A stretch of DNA of 64,000 bases, from positions 34,371 to 98,370 of the forward strand of contig DATJXN010000132.1 in the NCBI GenBank assembly GCA_035500095.1, given 5' to 3'. The position numbers and the translations under genes were made by a program. Source of the stretch: Candidatus Binataceae bacterium (lineage in GTDB: Bacteria; Desulfobacterota; Binatia; Binatales; Binataceae). Position 1 is the first letter of the stretch. Every line of letters starts with the position of its first letter. The notes under the pieces were generated by a model, which saw nothing but the letters and a program-made list of their open reading frames with translations, was not told where the DNA came from and ran no database searches. Below, in pieces: positions 57,904 to 64,000 of this stretch.

Positions 57904-58095
57904 CTATGCGTTCGTCATCACCGAATCGACCCCGCTCGCGAAAGTGCTCACATTGTTTCCGAGCACCAGGTAAACCCCATAAACCACTACGGCGATGGCC
58001 GAAAGAACGAGCACGTATTCCGTCATAGTCTGAGCGTTGCGCTTGTTGCCAAGGGTCTCATGCGCCCGGACGAGAAGCTGGAGCACGAAATTCAT
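57904..58095 (-). CDS. flp: Flp/Fap-family type IVb pilin
   Basis: Inner ATG 58095 with GGAG 8 nt upstream: MNFVLQLLVRAHETLGNKRNAQTMTEYVLVLSAIAVVVYGVY... (63 aa). It has the QTM.EY-plus-hydrophobic-helix Flp motif. Confidence 0.75.
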   Translation of the reverse strand: MNFVLQLLVRAHETLGNKRNAQTMTEYVLVLSAIAVVVYGVYLVLGNNVSTFASGVDSVMTNA

Positions 58096-58383
58096 CGATG
58101 TTTCTCCATTCGCGTCAATGTCTAAAACAACGTGTAGACAAATTTTAGATGGAGATATGAGGTAAGCCAAGCTTTTTACCGGAGGTTCTTTTATTTGAAC
58201 ACTCTCAGGGCGTTATTTTCGTACACTGTTGCGATAGCAGCATATAAATGTTTCTAAAGTGAAATTAAAGTGACCAAAATGCACTTTACGTCGTTTGGCG
58301 ACTAATAAAAATGGTCGGAGAATCTTACATTTTTCCATCCCGAAGCCGTGGCGTCGCTCTTGCTTAGGTGATTCCGCGCGAAA

Positions 58384-58415
58384 GAGCCAAGGCTGGCTCA
58401 TGTGAGCCCAAGGCT
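58384..58415 (+). promoter_or_regulatory. direct repeat gagcc(c)aaggct x2 just upstream of the S53 peptidase SD
   Basis: gagccaaggct at 58384-58394 and gagcccaaggct at 58404-58415, start positions 20 nt apart, ending 8 nt before the gagggaggg SD. Confidence 0.3.
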
Positions 58416-58433
58416 CGACGCAGAGGGAGGGAT

Positions 58434-60704
58434 ATGCGAACCGGAGTGCGTAAATCGGGCTGGATGCTGGCGGGAATGGCCGCCATGGCCTTTTCCGTCT
58501 TTGGAGCAATTGGACTTGCCGTGGCCGACGGCCCCGGAGCGATTAAGATCAAGGGCAATCATCCCACTGAACTGGGGCGTCTCGGCCCGGTAGTGCATGC
58601 GGACCCCGCGATGGAGCTTCATCTGACCGTCGTGCTCGGGCTGCACGATCAGGCCAAGCTCGAGCAATTGCTCGCCGACCAGCAAAATCCTTCGTCCAAT
58701 CAATACCGCAAGTGGCTCACACCGGCGGAGTTTAATCGGCGTTTCGGGCCAAGTCCGACGCAAACCCACGCGGTCGCCCAATGGCTGCGCAGCCAGGGCC
58801 TGAGGATCACGTCCATCAATGGCCTTGGCCGCACCATCGACGCGACAGCGAACGTGGCCCAGGCCGAGAGCGCCTTCGCGACCACGATCGTCACGAGCGG
58901 CACGAGTTTCGGCAACCAGTCCGACCCCGCGATTCCGGCCGAGTTCGACGGCCTGATCGCCGCAATCCAGGGCCTCGACAACATGCATGCGGTGGTGCCC
59001 GCCGGACTCCATCGCCTCCAGCCCGCCGCCGCAGGCGAGACCCCGGGCCAGGGCGCGAAGCTCGCGCTGGCCGACGTTTCGCATCCGGATTCCGAGGACG
59101 GCGGGCCGGTTCCCGGCGCTACGGTCAACGGGTCCACCGCATTCGGCCCGTTTGACGTCGAAACCTTCTACAACGAAGCGCCGCTGATCTCCGGCGGCAA
59201 CACCGGAACCGCGTCGCCCGATTGCGTCGCGCTGGACGAGGATTCGGACTACCTCGACGCCGCCGTGACGCTCTTCGCCTCGACCTTCGGCTTCATCCCG
59301 TTCAACATCTCGCGCGCCGGAACCTCGCCCGGCCGCAATGGCGACGAATCCGAGGCGCTGCTCGACATCGACTACGCGCACGCGACCGCCCCTGGCACGC
59401 CGATTCGCGTCTACATGAACAGCAGCCTCTACACCTCGATCCAGAACAGCATCACCGACAACGCCTGCGGCGCGATCAGCGTCAGTTTCATCTATTGCAG
59501 TTCGTCGCCATCGTTCTTTACCTCGCTCGATTCGCTGTTCTCGCAGGCCGCGTCCCAGGGCCAATCGATCTTCATCAGTTCGGGCGACTGGGGCGCGGCG
59601 GGCCTCGCGTATGATTCGTCAAGCAACTCCTGCGTGACCGGCACGACTCGGAACGCGAGCGAGCTGGCGGCGAGTCCACACGTCACCGGCGTCGGCGGGA
59701 CTACATTTAGCCCGCAATTCAATGTGTCGGGCAACGATACCAGCGTGGTCGGCGTCGCGCCGGGCGGGATCGAGAGCGGATGGAACGGCAGCGGCGGCGG
59801 CGCGAGCCAGATCTTCTCCAAGCCCGCGTGGCAGACCGGCACCGGCGTTCCCAACGACTCGGCGCGCGACGTCCCGGACGTCTCGATGATCGCGTGGTCG
59901 CCGGGCGTCTTCATCGGCGCCGATTCAAGCGGCACGGCCGTGATGCAATGCTGCTGGGGCGGCACCAGCCTGGCGGCGCCGCTATGGGCGGGATATTCGC
60001 GCGAGCTCGCCAAGGCCCAGAACGTCACGCGTCTGGGGCTGCTCAACTCGACGATCTATAGCCTCGCGGGCAAGGGCCTGCTGACCAACGGAATCGAGGA
60101 CGTCACCAACGGCAGCAACACCTACAATGGCGTGACAGGCTTCAGCGCTGCTGTCGGTTACGACCAGGTCACAGGATGGGGCAGCGTGGATATGACGGCG
60201 TTTGCGTCCGCCTATAGCGGTCAGCCGACGCCGACGGCGACCGCGACGCCGACTCCGAAACCGACCCCGACGCCGAAACCGACCCGGACCCCGAAGCCGA
60301 CGCCAACTCCGAAGCCGACCCCAACACCGACGCCTAAGCCGACGCCGACGCCGGCTCCAACGCCAACGCCAACTCCGGGCGCGCTGAGCGTGTCCCCGTC
60401 GTCGGTCTCGTTCGGAGCCGTCAAGGTCGGCCGCTCGAGCAGCAGCGCGACGGTCACGCTGACCAATCCGTCGAATGACGCGGGCTCGGCCAAAATCACC
60501 TCGACGAGCCTCGCCGCGGGCACCAACTTCACGATCGCGTCCTCGACCTGCACCGCGGGCAAAGTGTTGGCGCCGGGCGGCTCATGCAACGTCGGGGTGA
60601 AGTTCACTCCGAAGACCACGGGCGCAAAGGCGGACACGCTGCAGTTCGTCGACAACGCGTCAAACAGTCCTCAGACGGTGAGCCTCAGCGGGACGGGTAA
60701 GTAG
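58434..60704 (+). CDS. secreted S53 (sedolisin/kumamolisin-like) serine peptidase with Pro/Thr linker and C-terminal choice-of-anchor-D/ASH-like beta-sandwich domain
   Basis: ATG 58434 after gagggaggg. Signal peptide, then pro-kumamolisin-like propeptide ([16 protein letters not shown]), E..LDIDYA, SSGDWGA and [12 protein letters not shown] (Ser nucleophile), then (PT/PK)n, then [16 protein letters not shown]...TLTN...[16 protein letters not shown]...G......LSGTG. Confidence 0.88.
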   Translation: MRTGVRKSGWMLAGMAAMAFSVFGAIGLAVADGPGAIKIKGNHPTELGRLGPVVHADPAMELHLTVVLGLHDQAKLEQLLADQQNPSSNQYRKWLTPAEFNRRFGPSPTQTHAVAQWLRSQGLRITSINGLGRTIDATANVAQAESAFATTIVTSGTSFGNQSDPAIPAEFDGLIAAIQGLDNMHAVVPAGLHRLQPAAAGETPGQGAKLALADVSHPDSEDGGPVPGATVNGSTAFGPFDVETFYNEAPLISGGNTGTASPDCVALDEDSDYLDAAVTLFASTFGFIPFNISRAGTSPGRNGDESEALLDIDYAHATAPGTPIRVYMNSSLYTSIQNSITDNACGAISVSFIYCSSSPSFFTSLDSLFSQAASQGQSIFISSGDWGAAGLAYDSSSNSCVTGTTRNASELAASPHVTGVGGTTFSPQFNVSGNDTSVVGVAPGGIESGWNGSGGGASQIFSKPAWQTGTGVPNDSARDVPDVSMIAWSPGVFIGADSSGTAVMQCCWGGTSLAAPLWAGYSRELAKAQNVTRLGLLNSTIYSLAGKGLLTNGIEDVTNGSNTYNGVTGFSAAVGYDQVTGWGSVDMTAFASAYSGQPTPTATATPTPKPTPTPKPTRTPKPTPTPKPTPTPTPKPTPTPAPTPTPTPGALSVSPSSVSFGAVKVGRSSSSATVTLTNPSNDAGSAKITSTSLAAGTNFTIASSTCTAGKVLAPGGSCNVGVKFTPKTTGAKADTLQFVDNASNSPQTVSLSGTGK
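60225..60377 (+). repeat. coding low-complexity tandem repeat (ccg acg / ccg aag units) encoding the Pro/Thr/Lys linker
   Basis: [51 protein letters not shown], read directly from the sequence. Confidence 0.9.
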
Positions 60705-60733
60705 CCAGCCTCGACCGCGGGTGATCACACCAC

Positions 60734-60767
60734 GCCGGGCCGCTTTTTTCGGCCCGGCGTTTTTTTT
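60734..60767 (+). terminator. rho-independent terminator of the S53 peptidase gene
   Basis: gccgggccg-ctttttt-cggcccggc followed by g-tttttttt, 30 nt after the stop codon. Confidence 0.85.
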
Positions 60768-60958
60768 CGACGGCGGCAAGTTATTTGCCCCCGCGCAGCG
60801 GCGCGAGACAGGACCTTGCGAGGCTTAGACGAACGAGGCGATGACCATGTCGGAGATCGTTCCGACGCGTTCCATATGAAAGCTGTCCTGCATCAGGCCG
60901 GTGGTCAGTATCGCGTAAGACCGCGGGTGTCCGCCGAACGCAACAGGATACGGTCTAA

Positions 60959-60998
60959 GCGGCCCAACCCCTCCCAAGATGTCGGGCCGCTTTTTTTT
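60959..60998 (+). terminator. second rho-independent terminator-like hairpin plus T8
   Basis: gcggccc-(18-nt loop)-gggccgc immediately followed by tttttttt. Confidence 0.55.
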
Positions 60999-61165
60999 GG
61001 CTGTTTGCCAGCCAAACACAGCCTGTCAGTGGTCAGCGGGAGCTACATCAATTGAGCACGACAATTGACGAACGCACCGGCTGAACGGGTGAAGATCGGC
61101 CTGCAGTGCTTGAGCAGCCACGACTAAAAGGGGCGTGCGGGATTTTTCCTGAAGGAGTCAGTTTG

Positions 61166-62326
61166 ATGGCAGTTACAGGTCCCACCTCTGCAAGGACAAT
61201 CGCGGAGCGCACGAGTACTGGTCAATGGGCCGAACGGCCGGCCGTATTCGAACGGCCTCCTCACGACGCAAGAGGGGACGGGAACAGCCAGATCCCGAGC
61301 GTAACCTCGAAAGAAGCACGATGGCGTGAAATATCGACCCTATTTCACCACGCGCCAGCGGCAATCCTCGGCGGAGACGATCGAATCAACCGATTCGTGG
61401 AGAGAACCTTCGACTGGCTTGGGCTCGCTGAAGGCAGCGGTTCGAAAGGCCAGCGCTCCTTCGACGGATCGCTTTTCGATCTCGCACGAAACCATCAGAA
61501 AGGAACCGGACGGTCGGGCGACATGTTAAGATTCATCCCGAGTTTGTACTCCCACATCGCGCGGAAATTCGAGGTATATCGCGCTCCGGAGGATAATTCG
61601 CTTCGTGCCTGGCCCCCCGCATTTTATTCCAACAACCGGCTGGTTCCCGTCCCGCAGGACATCATAGAGACAGCGTGGAATCTGATGTCCGAAGCTCTTG
61701 TGAGCACGCTGCCGGATCGTTGGCGAGACCTGCCCTTTGGCATCGACGTCGATGTGCTGGTCTATCCAACGTCGAGTTTGGATGCGGGTAGAATTCAGAC
61801 TCTATTGACCGACAGCAGGCTGCTATCGGATTCGAGCGGCACCGAAGGTTACTGGTCACAGCTTGGCCATCGCATCGATGCGGGCAAGCAGCGCGCGGCC
61901 GGCCTGTTTAAACCGAAGGGAATCAGGGATCTCTTTGCCATAGCGTCTTTGGTGCCGGGATTCAGAAGGATCCTGAATGCGCTGAATGAGAGGATGTCTG
62001 AGACCGGCGAGGGTGCGGTGCCGGAAGACTTCAAAGTGATTGCACCTGCACACATCGATCGAACCAGATACATCACCGCTCTGATGGGACGCAGAGACAA
62101 TCTGAATACCCAGGTGCTTTGGAACGGTCGCTGGGTCTCACTCCCCATCACGGATAACGCAATGGCATTGTTTCCATCCCTGAAACTGAGCTCCATCAGC
62201 GACATTCCCGCAACCATTCACAGAGTCCTTGTGCACGATCCTTCCGGCGAGGCAGGCATCGCTTCACAAAATATAACTCTGACTTTGGCAGTAGTGGATC
62301 CGCCGGCGCATGTGGCCGCGAGTTAA
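61166..62326 (+). CDS. hypothetical protein; C-terminal part resembles a 2OG-Fe(II) oxygenase (HxD...H) fold
   Basis: ATG 61166 with gaaggag 8 nt upstream. PAHIDRTRYITALM...NTQVLWNGRWVSLP...MALFPS......IPATIHRVLV recalls the HxD / ...W..V.p / ...HRV pattern of IPNS-type dioxygenases. No canonical RxS follows. The N-terminal 250 aa are unrecognised. Confidence 0.6.
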   Translation: MAVTGPTSARTIAERTSTGQWAERPAVFERPPHDARGDGNSQIPSVTSKEARWREISTLFHHAPAAILGGDDRINRFVERTFDWLGLAEGSGSKGQRSFDGSLFDLARNHQKGTGRSGDMLRFIPSLYSHIARKFEVYRAPEDNSLRAWPPAFYSNNRLVPVPQDIIETAWNLMSEALVSTLPDRWRDLPFGIDVDVLVYPTSSLDAGRIQTLLTDSRLLSDSSGTEGYWSQLGHRIDAGKQRAAGLFKPKGIRDLFAIASLVPGFRRILNALNERMSETGEGAVPEDFKVIAPAHIDRTRYITALMGRRDNLNTQVLWNGRWVSLPITDNAMALFPSLKLSSISDIPATIHRVLVHDPSGEAGIASQNITLTLAVVDPPAHVAAS

Positions 62327-62329
62327 ACG

Positions 62330-63048
62330 TTATTCACTCCGAGTGTTCGGTTCCGGACAAGCGCGCTCACGAAACCTCCAGAGAGAACAGGAGTTGCAAT
62401 TGCCGCCTGCGTCAGGTCATCCTCGCTGCCCGGGTTGGGCGCGCTCAGCCGCGCGCGCCCGCCGTGCTCGAGAGATTTGGCAGGATGTTCCCGTGAGCAT
62501 ATTTGGTCGCACTGCTTCGCGCCGGGGCGAAAGCCACGCCTAAACTCGCACATCTCCGTCAAAGTTTGTTCGAAGCCGGGCCGTTAGAGGCAACGCCAGT
62601 ATAGTCAGCGGCAATGCCAGTAATCGAACCCCCGCGCTGCGGAAAGTAATCTTGTCCACCGCAACGCGAACCGAATTGCGCAAGAGCGGGCTCGCCTTCA
62701 CTATGCGCGCGCAGGCTTCGAACACTCCGGACCTTGCCTGCTCGAAGTCGTTCGCGACCACGTAAGCTTCGCCATCCTGTGCGGCGAGGCAGACGATGAC
62801 GTAGAGCATCAGCCACGGAGCCATCGTCGACTTACCCGATTTTTTCGGCCACGAGAAGACCAGCTCCGCCTACAGCAAGGAGTCGTCGGGCCGGGACGTG
62901 AAGGCTTCGCAGATGAAGGACACCTGCGCCGGGTAAGCTCGAAGCGCTTGTCGGTCTCAGGATTAATCAGCACCTCGGCGATGAAAGCAACCGGTTCGGC
63001 CTTCCAGCGGGCGATTGAGGAGTTGAACCTCATGGACTCAAGGAACAT
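62330..63048 (-). pseudogene. decayed phage terminase large-subunit gene (N-terminal ATPase part only)
   Basis: Pieced from three frames: ARWKAEPVAFIAEVLINPETDKRFEL / AYPAQVSFICEAF...LL*AELVFSWPKKSGKSTMAPWLMLYVIVCLAAQDGEAYVVANDFEQARSGVFEACARIVKASPLL... / GGSITGIAADYTG. It has a Walker A-like KKSGKST, an in-frame TAG and at least two frameshifts, and is truncated against the convergent gene. Confidence 0.6.
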
Positions 63049-63055
63049 TAACTAT

Positions 63056-63828
63056 TCAGACAGCCTCAAAGACTATAAGGTCTTGCTCAGTGACGCCGAC
63101 TTTGTGCGTCTTCGACCAAAAACCCGGAATGATTCGCTTGACTCTTAGCCTAGTCTGTTCGGCGACTCGCTCTATCAAAGACAGATTGTAGGCTATTAGA
63201 TTTTCCGGAACGTCCGGATTGGAAGTGGCCACACCATCAAAGTTACGCACAGGATTATCAAATTCAAAGAATTGCTGCGGATGATTGTTCCCGTCCTCGA
63301 TAATAGTCAAGCACGAAAAAACTGAAGAGGCATTGACCTCCCGGGAGCAAAACCCGTCTGCTTTTCTTCAAGTAGTTGACAGTGTCGGAAGGAACAAGAT
63401 GAGTGAATAGCGAAGCTCCGTAGACGATATCGAACGAACCGTCCGCAAAAGGAAAAGTATAGGCATCGGCGCTTTGCTTGCCCGTGGGGTTATAAAACTT
63501 GTTATAAACGTCGGCGAGATTGAAATTAAAAATGAGGATAACGTGAATGAATACTCTGTTGGGCGAAGCTTATCTGAGCCGCGAGGATGTCCAACCCTTC
63601 GTATCTTCCCGGCGGCTCGAGATAGTCGAGAAGCATAAGCATCGTTCTACCGTGATTGCAGCGTAATTCCAGGACGGACCCATCCTTTCGCATCCCGGAT
63701 AACAGCGTCAAATATGTTCGATATTCCCAAGCACCACCAATGAACATGTACAGAGGTTCCCCCGGTCCCACCCAAAGATGCCGGGGTGGAATTAACCCCT
63801 CAAGCCCAATAGGTTCGTACCTCAGCAA
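63056..63828 (-). pseudogene. class I SAM-dependent methyltransferase interrupted by two frameshifts
   Basis: Segment 1 (63828-63529): ...VLELRCNHGRTMLMLLDYL.PPGRYEGLDI.... Segment 2: FNFNLADVYNKFYNPTGKQSADAYTFPFADGSFDIVYGASLFTHL....YLKKSRRVLLPGGQCLFSFF. Segment 3 (63310-63056): IIEDGNNH...IAYNLSLIERVAEQTRLRVKRIIPGFW. The frame changes sit at an A5 run (63528-63532) and at or next to an A6 run (63316-63321). Confidence 0.6.
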
Positions 63829-63844
63829 GGATTGTTTGTGAATT

Positions 63845-64000
63845 TCATATCCTATTAATCGCTAAGAAGCGATTAATGGTTCTTTTGAGAGAGTCCGCCA
63901 ATCGTGGCATGAACACCTCCAATGGCATCTCGAGAGCGGTTCTGAGTTGAAAGGGGCTTTGTTCCCACGGCCTGTCCCGTAGCGCCTCAGACGTGCTGCG
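63845..64000 (-). CDS. possible 3' end of a gene entering from the right edge
   Basis: The minus-strand frame is open from position 64000 to TGA at 63847-63845 (...ALEMPLEVFMPRLADSLKRTINRFLAINRI*). Too short to classify. Confidence 0.25.
   Translation of the reverse strand, partial: RSTSEALRDRPWEQSPFQLRTALEMPLEVFMPRLADSLKRTINRFLAINRI
63854..63877. promoter_or_regulatory. perfect 10-bp inverted repeat attaatcgct-aaga-agcgattaat
   Basis: Read directly, 26 nt upstream of the methyltransferase TTG start. It also lies inside the last codons of an open minus-strand frame that enters from the right edge. Confidence 0.3.

Larger units (their letters stand above)
60768..64000. mobile_element. compositionally atypical island with prophage debris (no intact mobility gene seen)
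   Basis: Hand counts give about 50% G+C (63061-63120), against about 65-70% in the core. The content is an orphan oxygenase-like gene, a terminase remnant and a frameshifted methyltransferase. Confidence 0.35.

Noticed and set aside
58213-58509. 98-aa minus-strand ORF in the flp/S53 spacer
   Set aside because: It overlaps the SD and start of the peptidase gene, sits in an AT-rich regulatory spacer and has an implausible sequence.
60225-60377. Short-period repeat that might be taken for a CRISPR or VNTR locus
   Set aside because: It lies in frame within the S53 peptidase gene and encodes a Pro/Thr/Lys linker. There is no spacer-repeat organisation.

Overview
High-G+C (about 65-70% by eye) chromosomal segment from a Gram-negative bacterium, probably an environmental lineage; I cannot place it more precisely without a search. 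About 60 kb is densely packed housekeeping DNA. It contains a minus-strand type II secretion operon (gspE-F-G-H-I-J-K, with gspK running off the left edge). It also holds flavin monooxygenases, a crotonase, a thioesterase and a GST, then hisI-hisG, bcp, thrB (type II), metF-like, folE, rpiA, glycerate kinase, IDH and glpD. Next come nth and the conserved yceD-rpmF-plsX-fabD-acpP block, followed by nrdR-ribD-ribBA-nusB-lptE-holA, rpsT, mazG, yebC-ruvC-ruvA-ruvB and an arylsulfatase. I found no rRNA, tRNA or CRISPR array and no intact transposase or integrase. The most unusual items follow. (1) A 1023-aa ORF fuses two GT-C glycosyltransferase modules and is ATGA-coupled to a Ser/Ala/Pro-rich anchored protein. 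(2) glpD has its FAD-binding motif upstream of any canonical start codon and in frame with the preceding TGA. (3) A nested ~185-bp palindromic element follows ruvB. (4) An outer-membrane channel gene next to a TetR regulator carries two compensating frameshifts. (5) The right end (about 57.8-64 kb) is compositionally atypical. It holds an orphan Flp-type pilin, an S53 sedolisin with a Pro/Thr linker, two tandem terminators around an apparently non-coding stretch, an orphan oxygenase-like gene, a decayed phage terminase and a frameshifted methyltransferase. All functional calls rest on motifs I recognise in the translations and on gene order; no database search was run. Several long antisense ORFs in the track are high-GC artefacts and were rejected.
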